DNA of 63,404 bases, counting the filler, from Octopus bimaculoides (lineage: Eukaryota), in the NCBI RefSeq assembly GCF_001194135.2. It is 5 parts of 5 records of this genome, joined end to end, with 100 filler letters (N's around TTAATTAATTAA, not from the genome) between each part and the next. Parts side by side here need not be neighbours in the genome. Positions count along the whole stretch, not along the records: positions 1 to 24,637 come from NC_068993.1; positions 24,738 to 36,637 come from NC_068998.1; 3 more parts are not named here. One strand, 5' to 3'. A model generated the notes under the pieces. It saw only the letters and a program-made list of their open reading frames with translations, was not told the origin of the DNA and did no database searches. Position numbers and translations under genes: made by a program. This document shows, in pieces, positions 14,399-26,378 of this stretch. Position 1 is the first letter of the stretch. Each line of letters starts with the position of its first letter.

Positions 14399-14814
14399 AT
14401 ATATGTAGGTAGGTAGAGAGATGGAAAGAGAACTGGAAATAATGGGGAGGGAAAATTAATAGGAATATATGAAAAAAAACTGAAGGCAGGAAGAAGGAAG
14501 CTACATGTATGTAGATGTGTGTATAGGAAAATATATGTGCATACTTTTAAACACACGTATAGAGGTTGACGCACGTGCTTAAACGCACAAACACAGACAC
14601 ACACAGACACACACACACACACACAGACACTGAGATAGGCTGAGTATACGGTTTAAGATTCTTGAGTGTGTATATTCCGTGCGTCTCTGGGTTTTGTTGC
14701 GTATGCATAGAGATATATTAGGTGTTACACCCACCCCACGCACACACAGAGACATATATATGTGAATATATACATATAGGTACACGTATACATGAGTGTG
14801 TGTGTATGTATATG

Positions 14815-14873
<59 letters not shown>

Positions 14874-15684
14874 TTGTGTGTGTTATGTATATTTATATGT
14901 ATATATAAATCTGTTTTTGCGTGTATCTTGTGTGCATTTGTGGATGTAAGTCAACGTGTATGTATTTTTTACACATTAAATACTATTACCGACACACTGG
15001 AATCTCTCCCCCACATGTGTGTATATGCATGTGTATGCAGCTATCGCAAGTGATCTATCTGTAAGAAAACAATACTGTTTAGCCGCCATATTGTCTTTCT
15101 CTTTACCGTGTTATTGTTTCTCAATCAAAACCAGCTTCTTCTTAGACAAGGTATAAATAACGTTAACAAAGCTCTTTTGATATATTTATTTCTATGTTTA
15201 TTCTTCTTGATGTTGCAGTCATCATTTTATAACATTGTCATTGTTGTTGTTTTTAGGTTTTGTTGTTTTGTTGTTTTTCGGGTTCTTTTTTTTTTTTTTT
15301 TTGGCTCTTATTGCAACTAGGTTCAACGGAACCACAGCACGGATCTCTGTGCAGTATCACGTGCATACGATAGATTCGTCTAGAAAAGCCAATGAAGGAT
15401 TTTTTTTTTATTTACAGGAACTAAAGTGGAGCCTCTATACAAACGAATAAGGTTACGCCTTCTGTAAATAACAGTCGAAATCTCCCTAAATCTTAGCCTT
15501 CAGACTTCACAAAATATCTAGACATATTATGCTGGTAAAGTATTAAAAAAAAGGGGGGATTCATCACAAGTATTGTGCCTCAGGAATCAGCCTGGAAAAA
15601 AACTACTTCGAGTCTTTCAGCCAACTTAAGTAGCAACTTCATTGAATCATATATATGTGCTCATTATTATTTTCCTGTTACCAG

Positions 15685-15768
15685 GCAAGCCCGGATGCTG
15701 TCGATAGAGTGCAGATTTTGCTACAGTCCATTGATCAAAGTTTGATGGATTTAAATCCAACGAGCAAG
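15685..15768 (+). CDS. Candidate internal exon ASPDAVDRVQILLQSIDQSLMDLNPTSK (phase 0-0)
   Basis: Acceptor attattttcctgttaccag, donor AAG|gtatac, 84 nt open frame with protein-like composition. No family recognised. Confidence 0.4.
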
Positions 15769-15849
15769 GTATACCTCTTTGATGTGTGGGTAGTAACCCC
15801 CCGTCCTATGATAATCATCAATCATTGATTACTGTGGGTATTGGACTGA

Positions 15850-16490
15850 TGAAGAGCGGAACAATCACGGATAATTTTACTCGCTGTTTATTGTCTGTAA
15901 AGAAAGTCGAGTAAAAAATGTGATGTCTGGAATTCGTAATTCGGTCTCCAACTTTTTGATCCTGTAAGGTTGTTTCGAGATCAAATGACCACAAACTAAT
16001 CTAAGAGATGGCACCATCGTTCGTCTGTAAAGAAGATGACCAACCCCACCGACACATTAGCAGCATCTTCTTCGATAAATCCGTTAAACACCGTTGTTTT
16101 AAATAATGGTTTCTTTTCATGATCAGTTGATTTTAGTCCTCCTATCATCATTACTTTGAATGGGAAGAATCTAAATTCCGTTCTGATGGCCACATGAACG
16201 ATTACAAGATCAATATCTTGCTGTTGTTGCTGCCGCCCTAACTTTCCTATTGATTTTGTTGGAGCATGAAGATAGAAACGTCCACCGACTTCTGCTCGGT
16301 TAGCTTTGACGATCTTCCAAAACGTTCACCGTCTTCTCGTGATGAACCCGTTTCACAGAATTTTGCGATGTGGAACAATTGTACGGAGAAATTTATCAGC
16401 AAACTACTGTCGAACTAAATCTGTTTGGCGACGACTTCTCGAAACACGTATTCGACCAGAAAAATGCATCCTCGGTTATCAAAACTATGT
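15850..16490 (-). mobile_element. Tc1/mariner-superfamily transposase remnant
   Basis: FRFFPFKVMMIGGLKSTDHEK...LVIFFTDERWCHL resembles the first catalytic Asp motif (FFSDEAWFHL type). An HTH-like segment lies upstream. Confidence 0.75.
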
Positions 16491-17990
16491 CTTCGCCATA
16501 AAAGCAAATCTGAAATACAAATAAACAGCGATTCTAAAAGTGCACACNNNNNNNNNNATAAAAATGGAATACAAATAGACTCCGATTATAAAAGTGCGCA
16601 GCGATTTACGAATAAATTTTCGTAATAAAAGAGAAATTAAAACAGATTTTGATTATAAAAAATACGCAGTCTTTTCCAGCGGCGGCGGCGGTGGTGGTGG
16701 TGGTGGTGGTGGTGGTGGTAGTGGTGGAGGTGATGGTGATGGTGATGGTGATGCGGTGAAGTACCACGGTGCACTTCAGTTGGTCGATTATTATATTGTG
16801 TAACAAAATACCCAACGGGTCAACTTTGTCTTCCAGCATTCTAGGATCGATAAAATAAAGGACTAGTCAAGTACTGGGGTGGAATTCATCGATTAAACCC
16901 CTCCTCTCAGATTTCAGACTTTCAGCTATGCATATAAGTATATTAATACATATATAAGTATGTTTGTTATTACACTTCATATTTGCATACAGGCGAAAGA
17001 TCTAACAGAGAAAATCAAAACATATTTTCTTAAAGTATTACTTTGTGATGGTTGTTCTGCACCACACTCTATTCACTCCCGGATTAGTAAATGACTCGCT
17101 GCAAATCTGTACCTAATGACTCTCCTGTTCACCAATGAGGATATAAAATAAACCAGTAAAATTAAATTTCATTCGGCAAGTGCCGTAAACATAAGTACTT
17201 AATAGGGACTGAGTCGTCTGATGACGATCGGAGATGAAACGGGTGAAAGCGAAGTGGAAATGTAAATATTAACAAGACAAGAATTTCCATCAATAAAGGC
17301 AAGGTAAATAGTTCCGTATTATGAAGAACAAATAGTCTTAGACATTTAGGTTTTTCATATGAACTTATAACAATATGAAAGATGTCTTTTAAGCTTACAA
17401 ATGGTTAACCAAATTTACACATTAATGGACACTCGACTATAAGTTCTCTTTACACCATTCGCAGCGGGAGGGCTTCAAATCTAATAATATATAACGAAGT
17501 CTATTTCTCTATTTGACAAAAAGATATATTACAATGTTTGGATATGAAACATCGGAATTTTTTGATTGGTGTTGTATTTTCTGTAACGAAAAACACGGCC
17601 TAAGTGCACTAAGACATTTATTGAGTTCATTATGAGAGTTTTTGTCCTCTCTGCCCCCACGTAACAAACGATTATTATAATTGAAGTTAGATTTTAGGTA
17701 AGGCGACGAATTGACGGGCTTTTGGATAAATTTCTTAGCACCATTCATTCTGGTTCTGTGTGGGTTGAGTTCAAATCCTATCGAGGTCAATAACAACAAC
17801 AACTTCCTTGTTGTAAAAGTTTCTGATTTTCACTGCTGCCCCTGTTGTTGTTATTGCCATTTTGTTGTTATTGTTGATTCCGAACGTTTGATATCGCTCT
17901 GGCTTCGTCGGTGGGCGTTGACGTTGCCATAATATATATATGTATGTATGTTTCTCTCTCTCCTTCCCCCACTCTCTCTGTCTCTTTCTT

Positions 17991-18029
<39 letters not shown>

Positions 18030-18101
18030 TTCAAAATGTAACCACATATGAATCTTTGGCGATTTTCTTCCTCCGTCTTTCTTTCTATTCGACTTTATCC
18101 T

Positions 18102-18137
18102 GTTTCTGAAGAAGAGCATTTGCTCGAAATGTTAAAC
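18102..18137 (+). ncRNA. Minimal type I hammerhead-ribozyme motif inside an interspersed repeat (~18050-18230)
   Basis: GUUU-CUGAAGA-A-GAGC-auuu-GCUC-GAAA-UG-UU-AAAC: core boxes, perfect 4-bp stem II, 4-bp stem I. Stem III is loopless (dimer type). Confidence 0.6.
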
Positions 18138-18672
18138 CACCTTTCCTTCCCTGAGCCTCTGCTAATACTTTACATGTACCACATCCTCGAGTTGTTTTTT
18201 TTGTGTTTGTTGTTTTTCTTTTTTAGATTTACTATATATATATNNNNNNNNNNNNNNNNNNNNNNNNNNNNNNNNNNNNNNNNNNNNNNNNNNNNNNNNN
18301 NNNNNNNNNNNNNNNNNNNNNNNNNNNNNNNNNNNNNNNNNNNNNNNNNNNNNNNNNNNNNNNNNNNNNNNNNNNNNNNNNNNNNNNNNNNNNNNNNNNN
18401 NNNNNNNNNNNNNNNNNNNNNNNNNNNNNNNNNNNNNNNNNNNNNNNNNNNNNNNNNNNNNNNNNTATACAAAAATATTTATATAGGGCATAAAAATACC
18501 GAATACCAAGAAGGAAATATATAACTTCTTAACTCACCGGCTGTTTCAAGAAGCACAGATTTACGTAATAATCGTAACATTCATAATTTGCCGATGGAGT
18601 GAGCCAAATGTCTCTCTCTCTCTCTTTCCGTCTCTCCGTCTCTCACACACTCTCTCTCTCTCTATATATATG

Positions 18673-18705
<33 letters not shown>

Positions 18706-19107
18706 CTCTCTTTCTCCCTCTATCTCCATATGTGTGTGAACATTTTTGTGTGCAAAACCTGTATTGAAATGTGTTTGCGAACTTGTCTGAAAATTTTACG
18801 TATTTTAATGTGTGTATATATAATGTACTGTTGTGCATGTGTGAGTGCCAATATGTGTTTGTCGGAGTATTTATGCGTATATATCAATGCATGCATTTAT
18901 ATATATACGTATTGCGTACGCATGTATTTATATGTGTATATACGTGTGTATGTATGTTGCATTTGTGTGTGTGTATGTGTGTCAGAACTTTCAGTGTTCA
19001 GTGAGTGTGTAGCAGAAAATGTGTCGTGAATGCTCCGCACCTAATATTTTGTTTGATCTGTTTATTAAATTCTTGAGCTTTGAATTTAAGTTTCTCTTTT
19101 TATTTTA

Positions 19108-19163
<56 letters not shown>

Positions 19164-19660
19164 TGTTTTGGTACTCAAAATATTTTTCTCTTCAGCAATA
19201 ATGCGACTCAGATGACTCGCACACAATTAAGCTGAAATCTTCAGATGAACAAGAGGACAGAAACGATGGCATAAGAAGGAGTCGAGAATTGCTTTATAGT
19301 GTTTTGTAACATGGAATACCGGCAGAAAACACACAAGAAAAGAAAAGATAGAAAAATATAAAAACTTACAAAAGTACCAAAAATTATAAAACCATCAAAA
19401 ATACCCTGGAAAATCTCCCACAAAAATTACTTACGAAAAATAAAACGAAAGAGAAAGAGAGGGAAAGAAATCTTATATCGTTCTTCAAAATTAATCATTT
19501 AATTCAATTTGGGTCTCGTTTTTTATTATTTCTTTTCTCTCAGTCTTTTTTTTTATTATTTGTTGTACTTTTTTTTGTTTTTAGATGCTTCTTCCTTCCG
19601 TCTTTCTATCTTTCAGTTCTTTCTTTCCTTCTCTCTTTCTTTCTCTCTCCTTTCTTTCAT

Positions 19661-19700
<40 letters not shown>

Positions 19701-19779
19701 TCAATCATTGTTTTCTTTCTTTATTCTTTTGCTTCTTGTTTTCGGTTTTCTTGGTTCACTTAGTTTTCACTTACTATTA

Positions 19780-19840
19780 CAACTACCACCACCAACAACA
19801 ACAACAACAACACGTCCACCACCACCACCAGCACCTCCCC

Positions 19841-19871
<31 letters not shown>

Positions 19872-20045
19872 CCAACACTACCACCAACACCACCAACACC
19901 ACCAACACCACCACCACCACCACCACCACCACCAACACCACCACTAACAACAACAAAAACAACACCTCCAGCACGCCACCACCGCTACTACTACTACTAT
20001 TACTACTAATACTCGTGATGATGATATTAATGTATACATTAATTT

Positions 20046-20094
<49 letters not shown>

Positions 20095-20354
20095 TATCAC
20101 TGTGACATAATATTACTAATAATGTTTTCTAACGTTAAATATAATTATTTCTAACGCTATTACTTCATGTCTTTCCTTTTCTTTGTTTTTTCTTTCTTTA
20201 TTTATTTTCTTCTTTTTTTTTGCAAATTATCGGCAAAATTATCACCATCACTATCATAAACATCATAATCGGCATTGTTGTTGTGATCATGGCTGTCGTC
20301 CTCATCAACATAATAATAATAATGATAATGATAATAAATAATAATAATAATAAC

Positions 20355-20398
<44 letters not shown>

Positions 20399-20442
20399 TA
20401 ATAATAATAATGATAATGATAATAATAATAATGATAATAATG

Positions 20443-20500
<58 letters not shown>

Positions 20501-20553
20501 TAATAATAATAATGATAATGATAATAATAATAATGATAATAATGATAATAATA
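19780..20553. repeat. Compound trinucleotide microsatellite block (CAA/CAC/CTA/TAG, then AAT/GAT)
   Basis: Directly visible. It is the source of the poly-Q/H/T/N/V/I pseudo-ORFs. Confidence 0.95.
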
Positions 20554-21474
20554 NNNNNNNNNNNNNNNNNNNNNNNNNNNNNNNNNNNNNNNNNNNNNNN
20601 NNNNNNNNNNNNNNNNNNNNNNNNNNNNNNNNNNNNNNNNNNNNNNNNNNNNNNNNNNNNNNNNNNNNNNNNNNNNNNNNNNNNNNNNNNNNNNNNNNNN
20701 NNNNNNNNNNNNNNNNNNNNNNNNNNNNNNNNNNNNNNNNNNNNNNNNNNNNNNNNNNNNNNNNNNNNNNNNNNNNNNNNNNNNNNNNNNNNNNNNNNNN
20801 NNNNNNNNNNNNNNNNNNNNNNNNNNNNNNNNNNNNNNNNNNNNNNNNNNNNNNNNNNNNNNNNNNNNNNNNNNNNNNNNNNNNNNNNNNNNNNNNNNNN
20901 NNNNNNNNNNNNNNNNNNNNNNNNNNNNNNNNNNNNNNNNNNNNNNNNNNNNNNNNNNNNNNNNNNNNNNNNNNNNNNNNNNNNNNNNNNNNNNNNNNNN
21001 NNNNNNNNNNNNNNNNNNNNNNNNNNNNNNNNNNNNNNNNNNNNNNNNNNNNNNNNNNNNNNNNNNNNNNNNNNNNNNNNNNNNNNNNNNNNNNNNNNNN
21101 NNNNNNNNNNNNNNNNNNNNNNNNNNNNNNNNNNNNNNNNNNNNNNNNNNNNNNNNNNNNNNNNNNNNNNNNNNNNNNNNNNNNNNNNNNNNNNNNNNNN
21201 NNNNNNNNNNNNNNNNNNNNNNNNNNNNNNNNNNNNNNNNNNNNNNNNNNNNNNNNNNNNNNNNNNNNNNNNNNNNNNNNNNNNNNNNNNNNNNNNNNNN
21301 NNNNNNNNNNNNNNNNNNNNNNNNNNNNNNNNNNNNNNNNNNNNNNNNNNNNNNNNNNNNNNNNNNNNNNNNNNNNNNNNNNNNNNNNNNNNNNNNNNNN
21401 NNNNNNNNNNNNNNNNNNNNNNNNNNNNNNNNNNNNNNNNNNNNNNNNNNNNNNNNNNNNNNNNNNNNNNNNNN

Positions 21475-21517
<43 letters not shown>

Positions 21518-21759
21518 TATATGCATGTACATATGTATGTATATATGTATGTATATATGTATGTGTATATTAGTGTGTGTGCGTGTGCATCTGTGTGTGT
21601 TCTTTATTTAAGCGAATGCACACGTACAGTCAAAAACATGGGCACGTATGCATACATCTAATAAGTGTATGTATACACACGTACACACACACACACACAC
21701 ACACATATATATGCAGAAATTATATGTAAATATATATATAGAGAGAGAGAGAGTGAGAG

Positions 21760-21802
<43 letters not shown>

Positions 21803-22124
21803 AGACAGACAGACAGATATATGCAAATTTATATGTAAAAATATGTGTATATTTATATATATACAGATACACAGGCATATATTTAGACAGCTACGTGCAT
21901 GTACATATATCTGTATGTGTCTGTTTAATTGTGTGTATGTGCATGTGTGTGTGTACGCATTTGTGTGTGTGCGCGCGTGTAGGTGGATATGTCAACCTCT
22001 GTATACGTATGTACGCATGTTCGTACATAGCAAGTCTATGCACGTATTACTAACTGTCGGCACATTTGTTAAAAGAACACGTGTATTTCTTTTAGAAGAC
22101 ACTTCTTCAAAATTTGTAGATATG

Positions 22125-22201
<77 letters not shown>

Positions 22202-22228
22202 ATGTCTGTGTGTCTGTCTGTATATATA

Positions 22229-23380
22229 CAGGGTGCGTAAGATATTTGAGAATAGAATTATGTTTATAAAAAAAAACAGGTATATAATAACAGATGACTT
22301 TATTTGTCAAAAAATGCTGTGAGGATAAAAATAAACCTTCTTTTCTATAATGTTATTCAGTAAAGCCACCTTCAGCTTCAACAACTGCTTCTATATGAGA
22401 TCTAAATCATCTCCATGCTCGAATCAAATGGTCCTGGTTCATTTTGGACATTACTCTGACTATGGCAGCTTTCAAAGAGTCTTTGGTGTTATCGGCATGT
22501 TCATTGACATCTCTCAACAACACCCCACATGTAATAGTCCAATGGATTGAGATGTGGGGAATTAGGAGGCCAAATGTTACGAGTTATGTGATCATGAAAA
22601 TGTTCAGCCATCCATTCCTCTGTTATTAGAGCAACGTGTGATAGTACAGAGCCTTATCGAAACACATATGGCCTTCCATTGCATACACTTTCTATCCAGG
22701 GCTTAACAATTATTTCCAGGACCTCAATGTAGGCGGTAGAGTTAAATCTAAGGCTTTTTAGAAAGAAGGAGGCATCACATGTCCTTCATTGCTGACAACC
22801 CCTAAAACCATGACAGTTGCAGGAAATTTTGTATGCATAACATTTGGAACTTCAGAAGGGTCTGCACATAACCATCTGTCATTTCTTCTGTTAACTTTTT
22901 GATCTTGGTCGAAGTTTTTCTTGTTTGAGAAAAACCAAATCAAATCTTCTGCTGCATTTTTGAGTTTTCTTAAAAGCCTTTTATATCTGATGTAATGATT
23001 TTCTTTTGTTTTTCTTTTGTTTTCTTCATCATATAAGACTTATATCTGATGTCTTCGTGGGAAACATTTCTGACACATGGAGATCTGCAATTGACCGCAT
23101 GAACTTTCTGGTCTGTTGAACGTGGTGGATAAATTCAGGTGTTCTGATGATTTCAGAGCGCTTAGAATGCTTTTCAGGCTTTTATACTGGTGATACGTTT
23201 CCATCTTCAGTCTCTAACTCCTTATGAACTTTGTAGACGAAAGATCTGGCAACTTTTAAAAATCAAGATATTTCTAAATCACTATGCTTAGCCTCTGTCA
23301 GCGAACACTGGCTAACAAAATTTATTGAAGGGAGCAACGCTTCAGTAGAATACAATGTCCTGCAAATTTCCCTCAAAAGT
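22229..23380 (-). mobile_element. maT/DD37D-like Tc1/mariner transposon remnant
   Basis: IWFFSNKKNFDQDQKVNRRNDRWLCADPSEVPNVMHTKFPATVMVLGVVSNEGHVMPP. Terminus TA|CAGGGTGCG at 22229; the other TIR is not clear. Confidence 0.9.
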
Positions 23381-23388
23381 AGAGTATT

Positions 23389-23670
23389 GGGCATATGACG
23401 TAGTGGTTAAGACCGCGGGCTACTAAACCCAAGATTCGGAGTTCGATTCCAGGCAGTGACCGGAATAATAATAATAATAATAATAATAACGTCGAAAAAT
23501 ACCTTAGGAATTAGAACCCATGTTCGAAATTTCACTAAGACTGGAGGTATATCAGCCGAAACGTTGTGTTAACAACAAAAAAGATGAGGACAAATATCCG
23601 TCAATTGTACATAATGTAAATAATGTAAACAATGTACATAATTCTTCATCTCTTAAATATAGAACAGTAG
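23389..23670 (+). mobile_element. tRNA-derived SINE (family D): tRNA head, (AAT)n, then a hammerhead-like segment
   Basis: A box-like TGACGTAGTGG, anticodon-like arm gggCTACTAAaccc, B box GTTCGATTCC (23441-23450). cagccGAAACGTTgtg at 23553-23568. Confidence 0.75.
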
Positions 23671-24002
23671 AGTATAATATTACAAGTAAAAGAATTGAGG
23701 TATTGGTAAATTCTTAGACTGACAGATGGGTTAGACAAATCTGTTAATATGGCGGAAGGCATATGATCGTGAATATAAACAATGATTAAGCAATTTTAAG
23801 CTGTATTACATGCAACCCACTTGTCATCTCATCAAGACTAAATGATCAAATCAATACGAGTATACCTCGTTGAATATAATCATATATACACACACAATCA
23901 ATGAATTAAGCTTATAATTTCGCAAGAAATCAATCACTTTGACTCTCAAATCAGACAGAGTAAAGAGACACCAGGGATATTATAATATTCGTGTACTCTT
24001 AA

Positions 24003-24165
24003 AGATGGCGAGTTGGCAGAAACGTTAGCACACCGGACGAAATGCTTAGCGGTATTTCGTTTGTCTTTACGTTCTGAGTTCAAATTCCACCGAGGTCGAC
24101 TTTGCCTTTCATCATTTCGGAGTCGATAAATTAAGTACCAGTTGCGTACTGGGGTAGATCTAATT
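24003..24165 (+). mobile_element. SINE family A
   Basis: ggcgagttggcagaaacgttagc head, B box-like gttcaaattcc, family core. Confidence 0.9.
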
Positions 24166-24462
24166 TGCTACATACTTAAACTAATTGCCGTTAACGAATC
24201 GCCAAGGTACTTACACATAGGCTAGCCAGCAACAGCCGTCAAGCTTTGCGGTGGACAAACGCAAAAACACGCACGATCACGCGCGTGCGCACGAACACAC
24301 ATATCAATGGCTGTGTGTCTTTGTCTACGTGTTAGTCACCCATCATTGCTTCAAAACCGGTGTTGGTGTGTTTATCCCTCCGAAACAGTACTTCGGCGAA
24401 AGTATATCATAGAATAAGTATCACGCTTAGAAAAAATTAAATAGTTACTGTGGTTTAATGGT

Positions 24463-24600
24463 CAGACCATCCGAAGCATTCGACAGGCCTTTAGCAAAAC
24501 TCAGATCAACAAGTATTACAACCGCTTCAAACACGGCTGCACAACAGTGGAACGCGAGGCGCGCTCACGCATGCAGTCCACAAGCCGAAACGGGTCATTA
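24463..24600 (+). mobile_element. Mariner transposase HTH fragment
   Basis: QTIRSIRQAFSKTQINKYYNRFKHGCTTVEREARSRMQSTSRN matches the mariner N-terminal pattern (W.NRFK.G...E...RSGRP). Confidence 0.7.
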
Positions 24601-24681
24601 TCTTATACATATACATACATATACATACATACATATANNNNNNNNNNNNNNNNNNNNNNNNNNNNNNNNNNNNNNNNNNNN

Positions 24682-24693
24682 TTAATTAATTAA
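24682..24693. other. Assembly linker TTAATTAATTAA between N runs (six-frame stop spacer)
   Basis: Identical 12-mer centred in a 100-nt N block. Repeated at 36682, 44967 and 55253. Confidence 0.95.
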
Positions 24694-24737
24694 NNNNNNN
24701 NNNNNNNNNNNNNNNNNNNNNNNNNNNNNNNNNNNNN

Positions 24738-24941
24738 AAAAGAGTGTATGCATATATACGTACAGGTATGTGCATACTGACATCCACCTGTATGTGTAGG
24801 TGCATATCTGGGTACAGGACATTGCAAACAAAACGTAAACAAGAAAATAATGATAATCAGAGTACAGAAAACACACAAGCCACATAGAGAACATTTTCCT
24901 TCATCAGCTACCCCCGTTTTAACACCGGCGTTTCGAAGAGA
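24738..24941 (-). repeat. Interspersed repeat family E, copy 1 (contains GAAAC...CTGATGAAG)
   Basis: Its reverse complement aligns over ~190 bp with 43838-44025. Confidence 0.85.
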
Positions 24942-24974
24942 TATATATATATACACACATGTGTATGTATGTAT

Positions 24975-25038
<64 letters not shown>

Positions 25039-25175
25039 ACTTGGAAATGGATGCGTGGTGTTCAATCAAATAATAATATAAATAATATATAGATATATGC
25101 ATATATACATACATATATGTACATACGTACATATTTATGTATATAGGTATGCATATACGTCTACAGGCCGTCATC

Positions 25176-25431
25176 AAACATGAAATACGGAAATAAAGTT
25201 GAGTACGCAAACAACGAGAGAAACAAATGGAAAACAAGATAAGTAACATATAGAACGACCCTTCATCAGTTGTCAGCTGTCCTTCTACTCCTTATTTCGT
25301 GCAATGAAAAACAATATAAGGCTTTGAAGGCAGTTGCTCCCGCGAACCAAAATAAAATTCGGGATTTGCGGAGGGTCAAAGTTGGTAACAAAAACAGGAC
25401 ATACTATAAACCAACCGAAAGGAAGACAAAC

Positions 25432-25495
<64 letters not shown>

Positions 25496-25797
25496 ATAGT
25501 AAACAACATGAAATACGAAAACAATTAAGTTCAATATGCGAACAACGACCGAAACAAATGGAAAACAGGACAGGTAACATAAAGAACGACCCTTCATCAG
25601 TCGTCGGCTGTCTACCTACTCCTCATTTCGAGCATTGAACGACAATATGAATCTTCGTAGACAGCTGTTCCCATAAGTACCAAAATAAAATTTGAGATTT
25701 ATGGAAGGTCAATGATTGGGAACAAAAACAGGACAGTGGAGACATACAAGGAAACCCAACGAAAACAAACATGGAGGGTCGTTAGACTAGAACGCCG
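25176..25797 (-). repeat. Two diverged tandem copies of a ~328-bp unit, separated by (TG)n, each carrying a hammerhead-like fold
   Basis: catgaaatacg at 25179 and 25507, and gaacgacccttcatcag in both copies. Inverted repeats 25274-25285/25326-25336 and 25607-25615/25657-25665. Confidence 0.85.
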
Positions 25798-25869
25798 GAG
25801 AAATATTTTCTTTGAAAAGAGAAAAGATTGAAGAGAGAGAGGATACGAAAGAAAGAAAGAAAAAAATGA

Positions 25870-26240
25870 TCGCGTGAGGTTCCTGGTTCAGTCCCACTGC
25901 GTGGCACCTTGGGCAAGTGTCTTCTACTATAGCTTCGGGCCGACCAAAGCCTTGTGAGTGGATTTGGTAGACGGAAACTGAAAGAAGCCCGTCGTGTATA
26001 TGTATATATATATGTGTGTGTGTGTATATGCTTGTGTGTCTGTGTTTGTCCCCACAAAATCGCTTGACAACCGATGCTGGTGTGTTTACGTCCCCGTTTT
26101 TCTAGCGGTTTGGCAAAAGAGACCGATAGAATAAGTACTAGGAACACAAAGAATAAGTCCTGGGGTCGATTTGCTCGACTAAAGGCGGTGCTCCAGCATG
26201 GCCGCAGTCAAATGACTGAAACAAATAAAAGAATAAAAGA
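25870..26240 (+). mobile_element. SINE family B, near full length
   Basis: ggttcagtcccactgcgtggcaccttgggcaag...gacggaaactgaaagaagcccgtcg...(TG)n...ggcggtgctccagcatggccgcagtcaaatgactgaaac, with an (AAAAGAAT)n tail. Confidence 0.95.
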
Positions 26241-26315
26241 ATATAGATAGATAAATAGACAGACATACAGACAGACAAATACATACATACATACATACAT
26301 ATATACATACATACG

Positions 26316-26378
<63 letters not shown>

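Noticed and set aside
15846-15900. CTGATGAAGAGC hammerhead start
   Set aside because: No GCTC-GAAA partner; it lies at the edge of a transposase remnant.
17213-17250. CTGATGA...GAAAC hammerhead candidate
   Set aside because: Stem II does not close at the core, the would-be site is GUG, and there is no stem I partner.
23389-23462. tRNA gene (also 39220-39290)
   Set aside because: A and B boxes are present but the acceptor stem is not intact and the sequence continues into a SINE body.
24682-24693. TTAATTAATTAA as a biological motif (homeodomain site or PacI-like palindrome)
   Set aside because: It is always centred in a 100-nt N spacer, so it is an assembly linker.
25176-25797. CRISPR-like repeat-spacer array
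   Set aside because: Only two long diverged units, eukaryotic context, no cas genes.
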